Assembly (NCBI GenBank): GCA_035221665.1
Contig: JAVHYY010000086.1
Span: forward strand, 1-64,000
Direction: 5' to 3'
Origin: Okamejei kenojei
Lineage: Eukaryota
DNA: 64,000 nucleotides
Made by a program: the position numbers and the translations under genes. Each line of letters opens with the position of its first letter. Within the stretch, counting starts at the first letter, position 1. The notes under the pieces were generated by a model, which did not search any database, had not been told where the DNA came from, and saw only the letters and a program-made list of their open reading frames with translations. Of the stretch, positions 1 through 14,104 are shown one piece after another.

Positions 1-331
1 CCAGAAGAAGATAGTATTTCGGCATGGGACTGGAAGGGATGAGAGGGCCTGTTCCGTGCTGTAATTGTTGTATGGTTATATGTGTTATATCTGTACAAAA
101 TATTGAAAAAACAGAAGAGGAATGATTTAACTGAGCATTTGGAAATACGGACATGAAGCGAGACGGAACCCATGAAACTCCGAAGCTGTTGGGCGTGCAC
201 TACAGAGCCAATGGAACATAAAATGTACCACCATTAAATTCTGTATTGTCATATAACCTGCATCAAAGAACGAATGATGCCTAGCAGTTTCACTCGTTTT
301 TTGTTATATTATTTTACCTATCAATGCCGAT

Positions 332-2655
332 TTAAATATCTTTGCAATGCAACGGATCGGATATGTTAAGCATGCGTAACTGTCCTCTCTGAACTTGATC
401 TGTGTTCACGATATAAATTTCCGTGTTTGTGAGGTGCTCAGAGCTGAAGCATCAATCCAACCCTTTCAAAATCTTCCAAAGGGTTTATCAGGGCCTTGCG
501 CGTAAACGCTGCAAACTTCGAACCGCAATAAAATGTACCACCACTTGAGGCCAGAGAAGGATGAAGCAGCTCGAGATCGCAGAGTAAAACGACCGACGTC
601 TTTGCGGTTCACCAACTCTGGTCATTCTTTTTTCTCCACCGTTGAGGTCTCGGAGGTTCCTAGCGGACCCGGACTGGCACGGAATACGTCTGACGGTGAG
701 CGCGTTTAAACAAACAAATCAGGCAGGAATGGAATCGCCGGGATGTGAACAACTGTTCGATCCAAGAGAACACCATCCATTCGGGACGAATATAAAATCA
801 ACGTTTTGAGGCAGCCATACTTTCCACCCATTCGTGATACGACGTATGCGAAGGGACAAGGGAATGTTTTTAAGGCCGAGAACAGGCTCACTGTCAGGAT
901 AACAATCCACGCAGGTTCTCTCGGTGCTATTATTTCGGGTTTCACATTCTGAGTAGAAATCGCAACAAATGCGATCAAATGTGAAAGCGACTGTGAACCA
1001 TACCGAACATCCACCGCACGGGAGCGAGGTAACAATATATTTTGGCACACAGAGTGTTGGGCAAGGAAGAGGCCACAAATCCATATCAGCATCCGATGAA
1101 ACATCACGTCAATGAGAAAGCACAGAGGAGGTCGCAGTGCCATGGCTTAGCATGTAACGGTGATGCACTTGGAGAGGCCGATTTTCCATGGACAGTATCA
1201 CAATCGCCTCAGATTCACTGGGAAGGTATAAAAACTAAACTGATGAATAGTGTGGGATATGTGTCGGTTGATGAGGGTTATTTATACGTGCGCATATTGG
1301 GACGATCCATCCATTTAAACCTATGTTATAAAGATGTTCAATCGTCAACAAATTATGTAAATACATGATTATTCAAAATTAGTGAGATTTCCGTGTCTTA
1401 AATTTATCTTCACATTATTGTATGCCAAGCGTTTATATATTGATGCTTTGTTATCCCGACCTGATCGCTGCAGCTATCAGTCTCTGTTCTATGTACTTCC
1501 AAAACCTAACTTAAAAATTGCTCCCGTCCGGAGGGGGAACCCGGTTGTTCACACTGGGGACGTTTTTTGTTGAGTAAGTTGTTCATACGATCTTCAAATC
1601 TGTCTATGCGAAAATTATCCTTGTGAAATGAGAATTAAGGGACAGAGGTTTAGGGGTAACGTGAGGGGGAACTTCTTTTACTCAGAGGGTGGTGGCTGTG
1701 TGGAATGAGCTCCAGCAGATGTGGTGGAGGCAGGATCGATTTTAACATTTAAAAGTAAAGTGGATAGGTATATGGACGTGAAGGAATGGAGGGTATGGTC
1801 TGGTGCAGGTAGATTTTTTTAAAATATAACATGGGACTTAGGGGAAAACAAATGGTCGGCACGGACTGGAAGGGGCCGAGAGGGCCTGTCTCCGTGCTGT
1901 AATTGTTATGTGGTTATATGGTTAAATGTTAAGTGCTTAACAGCAAATGCTGTGCCAAATTACTGGACGGGTCGTGTATTTCTTTCTACAGAGTGCACTG
2001 CGCACTGCGGAACAGGTAGTCTCACCCACAGCGAGGACGCCGTGTCGCTTTCCCTTCCAACAGCGCAGGTATGGGTAGCGGTTGTGGCAAAAATCCGTGG
2101 AGGCCTAAATTTGTATCCCAGTCTATGAACGACCATCCGTCAAAGAAGCCACGCGTTTCCTCTCTCCTACAATGTTTAAATTTGGTTCATTTTAGCATAG
2201 TTTAGATGTACAGTACCCGAAGCGGTACTCCGTTCTATCGAGTCAGCGCTGGACCAGCGATCACGCAGACCAACATTTCGACACACATTAGCGACATAAA
2301 AACAAATATTGTACCATATCAATTAACCTACAGACCTGTCTGTCTTGGAGAGTTGGAGGAAACCGAATATCATCGCCGAGAAAACCCACCGTGGATCACG
2401 GAGGCGACCTACAAAGTCTGTAAAGAATGCAACCTAGTGGGGAGCGAAGCCCTTTGCGCTATATACCGCTGCGCCATCGTGCAGCACTTAAACCCTGCCG
2501 GGTTATTCGTATGATTCTCTTAATATTTACTCCTCTGCGCTTTTCAAACAGTCAATGAGATGTACCGGACAAATACCTACCGGGTGCACAAGGCTGCAAG
2601 GATGCGGGTAATACAAGATTCTGTTCCACGATCCTCACTATTAATAATTTTTAAA
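332..2655 (-). pseudogene. GPR139/142-like class A GPCR, copy 1 (exon 1 ~2581-2655, exon 2 ~332-1217), multiply frameshifted
   Basis: Minus-strand pieces read ALRPPLCFLIDV, CSVWFTVAFTFDRIC and PAIPFLPD, collinear with the copy at 22475-25066. Acceptor ttcccag before 1217; exon 1 remnant (..YYP.ILAAL..P) followed by donor gtaggt at 2580-2575. Confidence 0.8.
1625..1930 (+). mobile_element. CR1 LINE 3' fragment in GPCR intron
   Basis: Encodes the FRGNVRGNFFTQRVVAVWN-type ORF2 C-terminus plus 3' UTR; nearly the same as 50272-50500. Confidence 0.8.
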
Positions 2656-3519
2656 GCGACGGTCTAGGCGATCACCCCTGTGCTGCAATTCAGCGATTGT
2701 CAGCGAAACAAACCAACTCTGCACATTTATAAACTAAATAAAGAAGAACAACAAGCATTAGAAATCCATACTGTGGGACATTACCAACATACTTTGGAAC
2801 AAAATGTACTTGTTTTCAATGTATATTCAGAAATCACGATCATGCGGCGACCGCTCCATACAATTTCCAACAGCAGGCAGTGAGCTTGATTTTTTTAAAA
2901 AAAACTAACGCACGCGCAGTAAAGTTGCTCGCTAATGTTTGAGCGCGATTAATTTCCTTGAATTCTTACATCCGATGATGGGACAAGGAATGCTGTCATT
3001 TCTGTTTTGCACATGGTAAAATGAGTTTCCAGGCGGCGACAGCCGCGCCAGGAGCTTAACGCAATATCAGCAACCTGAGCATACCAAACTGGGTACCTAG
3101 AGGCAGTTTTCTTAGAAAAGTGACTAATGGGGCGAGAGAGCAAACAAAAGAGAGAAGAACAGTAGAGTTTATCAAGCATAATAAACACGACCATGTAAAT
3201 TAATTTTTCGTGGCAGCTGGTTTGTAGGCTCCGTTCCCAGGGTTAGCAGCCAGAAGTCAGCAAGAATGAATAAGACACGGAGGTTCATAAGGTCATAGGG
3301 TTCCGGAGTAAAATAGGCTATTCTGCCCATTAAGTCTCACCGCCATTCAATCATGGATTATCTATCCCCGTCCCCCCTCCTACCCAATTCTCCGGCCTTC
3401 TGCAACATATACCACTGCCACCTGTACTAATAACATCATGAATCTATCTCTACGGTGAACATATCCACTGCATTAGCCCCCCACATCCTTCGTGGCAAAA
3501 GTATTGCACAGATTGGTTT

Positions 3520-5775
3520 TTTTTTTTTTTTAAACAAAGGGGATTATGAATGCATCCGTTGGACAAATGGGGACCATGAAGGCATGAGAGAAGACCGGCC
3601 AGGGTAAACTGGAAAGGGATCCTCGCAGGAATGACGGTGGAACAGCAATGGTGGAATTTCTGGGCATATCCGGAAGACGCAGGATTCATTTCATTCCAAA
3701 AAAAGGATGGAACCGATTCTAAGGGGAGTAGGAAGCAAATCGTGGCTGACAGAGAAGTTGGGATAGTAAAAAAAATAAGATAAGATATATAACACTACAA
3801 ATAAGTAGCGGAAGCCAGAGGATTGCGAAACTTCCATTGGACATACAGAAGGAAAACAAAACGGGCAATACGCCGAAAAGATAAAGAACGAGGGGACAGT
3901 GGCGGAATAGAGGAAGGACAGTAAAAGCTTAGTTAGATATGTTATAGGAAAAAGTGTAGCAATTCAAATATGGGATCCCTTGAAGGCAGACAGTGTGAAA
4001 ATTATTATGCGTAAACAATGAATTGAAGAAGAGTTGAACAGGTACTTTGGAATTTGTCTTCAGTAAGACGACACAAAACAATCTCGCAGATGTATGGAGG
4101 GCAGTGGATTCAGGGGTAGAGGAAATGAAAGACATTTCCATTGGGCGATAAATCAGTATTGGGTATGTTAATGGCACCTAACGGATGATAAATCCCCTGG
4201 GCCTGATGGTCTGCATCCCCGGGTCTCGGGAGGTGGCTCTAGAAACAGTGATGGGCTTGGTGTCATTTGCGAAAGTTTCAATAGGATTCAGGATCCAGTT
4301 CCTGTGGATTGGAGGATAGCTAATGTTTATCCTACTTTTCCAAAAAAGGAGGAGAGAGAAAACGGCGGATTTTACAGACTAGTTAGCAGGACTTCGGTGA
4401 GTGGGAAAGGTGCTGGAGTCAAGTACTAAAGAGGTAATAATGGATCATTGTTATAGCAGTAAAATGATTAGTTCCAGTGAAACTAGGAACTTATGAAAGG
4501 GAAATCATGCGTGTCTATTTTTTGGATGTGACAGATACAAAGGATTGAAGGGGATCCTGTTGATGTAGTGTATTTAGGATTTCAGGACAGCCTTTGATAG
4601 GTCCCGACGCAGGACTGGGGAGTAAATTTAGAGCATCACGGTCTTGGGGTTAGTGTGTTGATATGGATAGAAAATTGGTTGGCAGAGAGTAAGCAAAGTG
4701 TAGAAGTGAACGGGTCCTTTTTAGAATGGCACACAGTGGGCGAGTGGAATGCGGAAGGCTCGGTGTTGGTGCCGAAACTGTTCACCATATATATTAAATT
4801 TTTGAAGAGGGAATTATGAGAAAATACGGCAAGGGTGCGGATGACACAAAGTAGGTGGCGTGTGAACTATGAAGAGAATGTTAGGAGGTTGCAGCGTGGG
4901 GACTAGATAGGTTGAGTGAGTCGGCAGATGCGTGGGCAGAGCATTACAATATCGATAAATGTGCTGTATCCAATTTTGCGGCAAAAGTAAGGCAGCTTAT
5001 TTGTTCAATGGGGTTAGGTTAGGTAAGGTTGAGGTGCAGCGCGGACCTGGGGGGTCCTTGTACACCAGTCACTGAAAGTCGGCCGGTGCAGGTACAGAGG
5101 GCAGTTGGACGAACGCTAACGGATATTGGCCTTCATAACAAGAGGATTTCAGTATAGGAATAAAGAGGTTCTTTCTGCGATGTATATGTCTCTGTGAGAC
5201 CACATTGGAGTATTGTGTACAATTTTGGTATCCTAATGTTCAGGAAGGACATCCTAGTGATTAAGGGAGTGTTAGCGTAGGTCCACGAGATAGATTCCTA
5301 GCATGGTTGGACTGGCATATGAGGATAGCTTGAACAGACCGGGCTTTGTATTCACTGGAGATTAGAAGGACGGGGGGGTGGAGGGGGGGGGGCGCTTATT
5401 GAAACACATACCAATTATAAAAGGACTTTTTTGAAGAAGCTGGGATGCAGGAAAAATTTTCCATTGTTGGGCGAGTGCCGAACCAGGGGGGCGCCGTTTT
5501 AGTATAAAGGGGAGGCATTAAAACTGAGGTGAGAGTGTGAAATTGTGAATTCTCTGCAACAGAGGGCAGTGGAAGTCAAATCACTCGAAGGAATTTAAGG
5601 AGAGAGTTGATAGAGCTCTTGGGTGTTGTTAGTGGAATCAGGGATAAGGGGATAAGGCAGACACGGGTTATTGATTGGGGACGATCGCATGATCACAATG
5701 AATGGGCGGTGCTGGCTCGAAGGCGGAACGGCCTCTTCTGCACCTATTTGTATGTTTCGAAATTTCTATGTTTCT
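3520..5775 (+). mobile_element. Degenerate 5'-truncated CR1 LINE
   Basis: Collinear with ORF2 at 59709-62255 (SPGPDGLHP, ADDTK and [10 protein letters not shown]-like segments); ends in a (tttctatg)n tail; many indels. Confidence 0.85.
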
Positions 5776-5879
5776 ATTCGCCACCCTGCTGACCAAATTA
5801 ACATTTCTCATCGTCTCCATCCCAAAAGAATGTCCTTGAATTCTGAGGCAATACCTCTATTCCGATACTTTCTCTTTTT

Positions 5880-6240
5880 GAGGAGAAGGGGAGAGAAGGG
5901 GAGAGAGAGAAGGGAGATAAGGGAGAGACAGGGGAAAGAGAGAAGAGGGGAGAGAGAGAAGGTGGGAGACAACGAAAGGGGGTGAGAGACGGCGGAGATA
6001 GCGAAAGGGAGGGAGAGAGAAGGGAGCAGATGAGGGGAGGAGGGGAAAGAGACAGGAGAAGGGAGAGAAGAGTGGAGAGTGAGAAGAGTGGAGAGAGAGG
6101 AGGAGAGAGAGAGACGGGGGAGGAGAGGGAGGAGGAGAGAGAAGAGAGAGTGGGGGGAGAGAGAAGGAGAGAGAGGGGAGAGAAAGAAGGGAGAGAGAGG
6201 GGAGAGAGAGAAGACGGGGGAGAGAAGGGGAGACGGGAGC
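5880..6240 (+). repeat. Polypurine (GA-rich) low-complexity tract
   Basis: About 360 bp almost only G/A; source of the spurious E/R/G and S/L/P ORFs. Confidence 0.95.
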
Positions 6241-7208
6241 GTGGGTTTATTTTCCCATACAAGCCAAAATGGTGACTGGGCAAAATCTGAACCCAAGCAC
6301 CAAGTTGAAAGCGACCGAAAATGTGCATCCCTCGGGACAGCCCCCACTCTTCACGCGGTGTGGTCGCATCCGTGAAAAACCGATCGACAATGGGACCTTT
6401 CGCTGGAGACTTATTCATCCGTTTAGTTACTTAGTCAGTCATTTAGTTAGGCCCAGTTTATAGTTACGTGTTACGAGGTACATGATAAGCTCATATTGCG
6501 TTGCTATCCAGTCGGAAGAAAATAATTACATGATTAAATCGAACATTTTACAGTGTATAAGATGCATGATAAGGGAATAAAGTTTAGTGCACCTAAAGCC
6601 AGCAACCATGAGCAAGGATGGCCAGAGGGACACTAAAGAAGTACATAGTGTTCAGCACTGCCTTCTGGTTGTTGTAGGAACGATTAATTTGAACGAAAAC
6701 ATTACCCATTCCTTCTCTGCAGATGATGCTGCATGCCATCCGGCATTTTGTGTCTATCTTTGGTGTAAACCAGCAGTTGCATTTCCTTCCTGCGCAGTAG
6801 AACGATACTCAGGACGAGACCGTTGGAAGTGAGTAACCCACAACGGTAGAATGTAATGTTTACTTTTGCAATGGTGCTGTCCAGTCGGCGGCTCTCATTC
6901 CTACCATGACGCGTTGCAGTGAGCAAGCGCAATATACTCACGTTATTTCATTTGACAAACTACGGTCGCAGCAGAACAGCGCTGCGCACGTTCACACAGT
7001 CCGTACTACACATAGTTTCGGCATTCGTGACTGTACCATCGAGATCACATTTGACCTTCTACGTCTGAATGCGTTCACCCCTGTTCCCCTGAAGGGCTGG
7101 TTCCGCGGGTGGCTGCTCGTATTTGGAACATTCATCGGGGACCAGGGGTGAAGCTCTATAATTCAGGCTCCGACTGTGGGTTTCCAGGCCTGAGGACTCG
7201 GAAATATC

Positions 7209-7915
7209 ATGCGGATCTTCATCGCACCGTTCTTCGTCATTACATCGCTGCTCGGTTAGTATTTCCGTCCCCAAAATGTTGAATTTGGATTTCTCGCTGG
7301 CTACGCAAATTACATTGGAGAAAAAGGGTGAATTTGGTTGATGAAGAAATTATGTTAAATGATATGGGACACAATGGACCTCCTGGAGAAAAGGAATGTG
7401 TGACGTTCGAAAACTCATAAGAAGGGTCTCGATCCGAAACGTCGCCCATTCCTTCTATCCAGAGATGCTGCCTTATCCGCTAAGTTACTCCAGTTGTTGT
7501 GTCTAACTTCAGTTTAATTCGCATTTACAGTTCCTCTCTATACATGTTAACTGACATATGGTTTACTGTTAGACTGGAGCATCCCGGGACCGGTGGCACA
7601 GTCGGTCTCTGAAATGACGTTCGAATAAAGAGGACATCGCACTAGATTGCTCATTGAGAAACGGCAGGGACAATCCTGAATGCTTTATTGGTACAGATAG
7701 CGACGTGGGCAGCCGCATGTGATTGTGTTTCGGATTACGGCAAGGATACCCACAGAGAAATTGTGATCTCACCGACCGTTCTCTTCTACGTACATTAAAG
7801 CAGAAAAGACCACCCAGTTAATGATCCGCGCGTCCGAGATACCGACGCGCCACGTATATTCTCTGCAATGGGGACTCGCTTGCTGAAGGAAACACGGCGC
7901 ACCTGCATAAAAATC
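7209..7915 (+). pseudogene. TCR alpha/delta-type V pseudogene with leader exon (7209-7254) and V exon (~7573-7874)
   Basis: 46-nt phase-1 exon MRIFIAPFFVITSLL|gttagt. Acceptor ctgttag at 7572. With frameshifts the V exon reads GPVAQSVSEMT..DIALDCSL..LYWYR*RRGQP..LTDR.SSTYIKAEKTTQLMI..DA.TY..AMG. Nonamer-like ataaaaatc at 7907-7915; heptamer degraded. Confidence 0.7.
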
Positions 7916-8294
7916 CCACGCAAAGCATAGTGCACGGTGCCCCAGATGGCTGTACTCATACTAGTACTGGAAATACGTAAACAATGAAATAGCAACAGCA
8001 ATTCGTTATCCGGCGTTTCAAATTGTAAGTTTATCGTTACAATCTCTGACTGCGAACAATTTCTATTCGAACTTGCTGGCCGATCTAAGTTACCTTCATC
8101 AAATATTCTCCGTCCTAACAGACGGACAATCTTTTTACTGAGCCATCGGAGACTGTTCGTGAAAGGGAGGGGGAAAGATTGATCAAACTATGTTATTGTG
8201 CTTTCCAGCCATCGGATTAAACAAGACACCCAGCCACGACGATACACAGACAGTCATGGGAAATAGCCGGTCCATATGGTGCCAGGACATAACC

Positions 8295-8790
8295 TGGCCT
8301 CAAAAATCAGCAACACCAAGGAACTGATGTGGACTTTGGAAGGCGAAGGATGGGGACCCACAGCCCTGTTTATATCAACGGTCGATGGTTGAAAGGGTCA
8401 AGAGCTTCAAATTCCTGGGCGCGCAAATCTCTGAAGATCTTTCCTGGTCCGAGAACACAGATGCAATTATTAAGAAAGGTCATCAGCGCCTCTGCTTCCT
8501 GGGTAGATTACAGAGAGTCGATCTGTCAACGAGGACTCTCTCTCACTCTACAGATGCACAGTAGAGAGCTTGCTGACCGGTTGCGTCGTGGCTTGGTTCG
8601 TTAACTTGAGCGCCCTGGATAGGAAAATACTACAAAAAGCAGTAAACACAGCCGAGTCCAGTCCATCATCGGCTCTGACCTCCGTTCCATCGAGGGGATC
8701 TTTCGCAGTCGCTGCCTCAAAAAGGCTGGCAGCATCATGATGGACCCACACCACCCTAGCCATACACTCATCTCCCTGCTACCTCCAGGT
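8295..8790 (+). mobile_element. Rex1/Babar-like LINE fragment
   Basis: ERVKSFKFLG..ISEDLSWSENTDAIIKKGHQRL, the typical RT-thumb region; same family as 25585-26540. Confidence 0.75.
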
Positions 8791-11700
8791 CCGTTATATT
8801 AGATCCGCTCTGATCCTTCTAAATTCCAGTGAATAGAAGCCCAGTCGACCCGTTCTTTCATGATACGTCAGTCCCGCCATCTCGGAAATTAACCTAGTGA
8901 ACCTGCGCTGCACCCCCTCAATAGCAATAATGTCCTTCCTCAAATTAGGAGACCAGATTTGCGCTCAATATGCCTGGCGCGGTCTGAGAGACTTGGGATA
9001 CAACGCAGTCAGTGTCTGCGGGCATCACTTAACGATTCTGCGCAAACGGGGCTACTGTCGCCTGTGTTATTTGCTAATCGCTCCCGTTCGGGATCCTTCT
9101 TACATTAAATGCAGCTGATGATCTTGAGAAGCAATACTTTATATTTTTCTATTTGATGGGGCGTCCATGAAAAGCTATTGTTTTAACATAACATTAATAT
9201 TTCTACTGCGTGCACTCATAAAATAAGAAGACCCTAAGTGATAGCAGTATTAGGCCATTCGGCCCATTAAATCTACTCCGCTATTCAATACAATACAATG
9301 AAATTATACTTTATTAGTGAAGTATGTTTTGCAACGTACGAGGAATTTAATTTGCCAAGTTAGTCATACCAATAATATATAAAGCAACAGAACACACGAA
9401 ATACATTTTAACATCAACATCCATCACAGTGACTCCTTCACATTCCTCACTGCAATGAAGGTAAAACCAAACGTTAAATCTCTTTCTTTCTTTGTCCTGC
9501 AGCGGTCGGGGGTCTCAAACCTTCAGTTGACGGGAAGATTTTACTACCGCAGCTGGCGGTGGGTCTTCCTCGTCAGGCCGATCAGCTCCTACGTCGGTGG
9601 GGAATCTCAGTTACCCCGCGCCGGCGATCTGACTTCGGGTCTAGGCTTGTCGAACGTCGTGCGACTTCCGGTGCTTCCCGACACGGTCTCTCCAGAGACT
9701 GCGAGCCCTTGATGTTAAAGTCTGCAGGCCGTGGTTGGAGCGTCGATCCAAGGCAATTCCTCTAAACTCCAGCGAGTACAGAATCGTGCCGTTAAGCGCT
9801 GATTATATGCTCACGCATTCATTCCTCCCCTCCCTCTTCAGGGTCAGCACAGCCTTCATCAGATGTGTTGCCCAAACCTTCTCACAATACCTCACTCGCA
9901 TGTTACAGGCCATTTCTCGATTTGCAGCTCGACCCACGTTGCATAGCACAACCGCTTTAATATTACGTGTCGAAAAGAACTGCAAATGCTGGTCGACAAA
10001 ATCTGCTGGAATAACTCGGCGGGCCAGGTAGCATCTCTGGGGAGAAGTAATGGGTGACGTTTCGGTTCGAGACCCTTCTTCGGACCTCTAGATTCTTCTA
10101 ATTATGAATAACGTTTTACGAATCAGTTTCCCCAAAACGCCGGTAATCGGAGTATTCTTGGACTTTCGGCACGTCTGGCTGGTTCCGCATTTCTATTTGA
10201 TCACGGCCGATTGCCCCAATTCAATCCCCCATCCCCCTTCATCCACATATCACTGGATCCCCCCGAGCCCCAGAAACAGATTATACAACCGTTTCAACAT
10301 ACTAAATGGTGCGCTCTTCAGTTTGTATCCATATTCGCACAAATTCATCAGCTACATTGGCCTTGGCTATGAGAATAACACTATACAATTATTGTTGGGA
10401 AACTGAGAAAAGTGCAGATGCTGGATTACAAACAAAATGCACAGAATGCTGGAGTAACAGAACGGGTCAGGCAGACTATCTGGAGAAATGGATGTGGTTT
10501 CAGTTCGCGGCCGTTCTTCAGACTGATTGTGGTGAGGGAAGAGAGGATAACAGTAGAAAGAGAGGAGCGTTAGCTCAAAGCCTAGCCATATTTAAGGGGA
10601 CACAGGAGAGAAGGGGAGAGTTGATAGTCAACGAGTTGATAAAGCCAGAGATGAAAAGACAAAAGCCCTGACACAAAAAGGAGTATACAGCCGGCAATTG
10701 CGAAGCACCTTCCACCCTTCTCCCCCCCAGTCCCAACCCCACCAGCTCCACAATCAGTCTGAAGAATGGTCCTTAACCGCAATTTCATCCATCCATGAGA
10801 TGCTACCTGGTTCGCTGTGTTTCGCCAGCACGATGGAGGGGGGAAAACGTACGTCTCTTTATGAGAGGCTGCTAGAAATATCCTCGGACATACGCACCAG
10901 TTGATGAGAGAACAGTTGTAGACATTATATGTCCAGTGCATGTTATAAAGTGCCGCGTGGTTGGCTGCTCTGGAACGGTAGCACGAGATCCAGGTGGTTC
11001 TTGCTAAATGGGTAGAAAATCAGCATTATGGGAGAAAGCACAGTGCGGAAGATATTTTTTTCGGACTGGATGCCTGCGACTAGTTGTGTGCCTCAAGGAT
11101 CAGTTCTGGGCCCATTGCTGTTTGTCATTTATACCGAAGATTTGGATGAGAATGTAGAAAGCATCATTAGAACGTTTGAAGATGACCCCACGGTGGGTGA
11201 GTCGTAGAGAGCGATGATGATTATCAAAAGCCACCTGAGGATCTTGAATCAGTTCAACAAGTGGGCACAGCAATGTATGTGAATTTTAATGAATATAAGT
11301 GAGAGGTTTTGGTTTTTCGGGAAGACAAACAGGGCAGGGCCTTTCCGGCGAATAACAGTGCCGTGGGAGCACTGCAGGGCCACGGACTCCAACTATCCCG
11401 TCACGCCAACTATCTGCTCCCTGAAAGAAAGATGGAAATGCTGTTTTCTTTCATATTTTGTGCATGTTTATTCCGTAGTACCTTGAAGACAAAAGTGAGG
11501 TGAACGTCTGTGATATGTCTGTAATATTCGCAATGTTCGTGAAATTTCCGAGGAGTAGTGCTCACAATCGGCCTGGCGACTAGGGCTCGTAACATCGATG
11601 GACTCCTGGAGTGCAGTCTGTTTTGAGTTGTGTGTACTTGCTGAGCACTTCAAAATGAAAAATGAGTTAGGGCAGGATATTTAACATGAGCGACATTGTG

Positions 11701-12667
11701 TTTTTATTCGTAACAGTAAATTCAATCTGCTGTCTGCCATGGTCGTCTCCCTAGACCTTGCTGGTTTCAATCACAATCACAGCCAATGGGTGCTGTGAAC
11801 GAAAGGACCCATTGTGGAAAAATCTATTGTTGCAACAACACGATGCAGCGCTTAAAGTCCTTGGTTTGGCCACATTTGTTGCGTTTCCGACAGTTCCCAT
11901 CGTCTTATTGATGGAAAAGCGTGCAGGTTTTGGTTAGGATGCAGGCTAGGATTACTAGAATACTCGGTGGAAGGAACTGAAGATGCTGGTTTAAACCGAA
12001 GATTGAGTATCTCTAGCTTGATACCCAGACCACTACTTGGATTAAAGGGTGCTAACTTTCAGGATAGTTGGGGCACAGTTGGTTTATTTTCCATGGATTG
12101 TCAGGGGCTCCGATCTGATTAAAGCATATGGATTTATGAGAGATATGGAAAGTGTAGGCATTCATAACGGTTGTTTCTATCACAAGGTAGAATTATAAAA
12201 GGCTAGATGTCCTACCATTCAGGTGAAGCGGGCAAAACGCAAACGATAAGTACGGGTTATTTACGGAGAGAGCGGTAAATACATGGAACATGCTGCCGGG
12301 GATGGTGATAGAGGCGATACGACAATGGCTTTTAAGAGGCTTTGTGATAAACACACGGACATGCACGGAACGGAGAGATATGAGTGATTTACAGGAGCTA
12401 CGATTAGTTGAGCTTTGCATCATGTTCGGCACAGACATTGTTGGCTGTACGGCCTGTACCGAATATGTCCGTATTTCTGTTCTATGTTATCCTTCGCAGC
12501 TGATGTTTTCTGAAACAGGGAGCAATATTATGTAAAAGTGTGTTTTGTCCGCATGTCAAAACGTTCCTTTTGTTCGGCGGTCAACCTAAAAGGTTAAGCA
12601 TGTTTCCCTTCCATCGTCTAACGGCCAACTAGTTTTCTCTTGACACGGAATCTATTTCACATGACAG

Positions 12668-12972
12668 GTCGCTGGGGAATCGGTGACTCAGAGCCAGCCT
12701 TTACTGAGACCGAGAAACGTGACTTGGTGAAACTAACCAGTACCCTACAATACTGCAGCATCCATCTATCATTTATATATGTATCGACAAATTGCCGAGG
12801 GAAATCTTGAGTTTATTGTGCTCATACGATCTTGGGACCAACGGGAAACACTGGGAGACATATTAGAGAAACGGTTATCCACGGATCTCCAGAAAGCGAC
12901 TTCAATTGTCAATTTAACTATTTGGGGTCTCCAGCTGACAGACTCTGCAGTGTATTACTGCGCCCTAAGTTC
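12668..12972 (+). pseudogene. TCR alpha/delta V segment pseudogene
   Basis: Acceptor acag at 12667; GESVTQSQP, then YRQIAEGNLEFIVLI..RLSTDLQKATSIVNLTIWGLQLTDSAVYYCALS. Frameshifts in FR1, first Cys codon is agt, core Trp lost. Confidence 0.88.
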
Positions 12973-13011
12973 CACAGTAATTGGAAGCAGTCTCTGCGCA
13001 GTGCAATAACC
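12973..13011 (+). promoter_or_regulatory. 23-bp spacer recombination signal sequence
   Basis: cacagta + 23 nt + gcaataacc directly after YYCALS. Confidence 0.88.
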
Positions 13012-14104
13012 GCCTGTGGTGAGCCTTTCCTGCCCTTTTCTGTGTTTCCCGGGGGTTCGAGAGCTCAGGTGTGGCAGCCACGTGCAGAGCGCCAATAGGT
13101 TCGCAGACACACACAGACAGGAAACCTCAGATATACTTGTCAGCCACAGCATCCTGGTGAACTGGAGATACTAAGCAAACTTCAAACGATCCGATTTATT
13201 TCAATTCCATGATCCAGACCAATAAAATGTAAAGTGAATGATTGCTAATTCAACTCCGACGTTGCGGAAACCTCTGGTCAGCGGCATAAAACAATAGCCC
13301 CTCCCGCTTCCTTCACTCTGTCTCCTGACAGTTAAACCGAACAATTATCGATACTAGTATATAGCCTCCAATACAATTGGCTCTTATCTTGTTTAAAACC
13401 GTTTAGTGCGGCAGGAGAATGCGGTTAGGAGGGAGAGGTAGATCCTGGTTGAATGGCGGAGGAAACTTGATGGACCGAATGGCCTAATTCTGCTCCTATC
13501 TCTTATGACCTTTTAAAACTTTAGTTTCTTGGGACCTATCTCTGCGCCTATTACACAGTGCATTCAAACTGCTGATATTCCAGAATTCTTGTATATATGT
13601 ATAGCATTCTGGGGCAGTGTTGTGCACATGTACATATTGATCAGATGCAATCTATATTGCTGCTGAAGCTAAGACATTATTGGCCCATTGAGGTTTTGAA
13701 GAAGGAGTGATTCCGTGAGTGGACTGACTTCCACAGGTGTTTCCGTTCAGTTAAACGGGGGGGATACCAATTGCAATGCAACGTTGGACTCGACCGCAGA
13801 TTGGGTCGGAGACAAAATATGCAGCAAAGAACGTCAGATGCTGGTTTAAAACCGAAGGTAGACAACACATTTCTGGAATAACTCAACGGGACAGGCAGCG
13901 TCTCTTGAGAGAAGGAATGGGTGTCGTTTCTGGTCGAGACCCTTCTAAGGGTCATTCCTTGGGTCGGAGCTAAATGGACTAAGTTGAAGCGAGAACAAAA
14001 TGCCTTTCACTATATTCACAATGGAATTGGGGTCGAATTTCCTGTGCGAATGGGATCAAGGGGTATGTGGATGATGCAGGAAATGGGGTCTGAATTCGGA
14101 TGAT

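Larger units (their letters stand above)
10910..13395 (+). repeat. Local duplication unit A (paralogous to 14630-17387) containing a TCR V segment
   Basis: Collinear similarity from a CR1 fragment through unique sequence, V exon and RSS to the shared end ..ggctcttatcttgttta. Confidence 0.85.

Noticed and set aside
5671-6418. Several 97-206 aa ORFs
   Set aside because: Translations of a GA-rich low-complexity tract.
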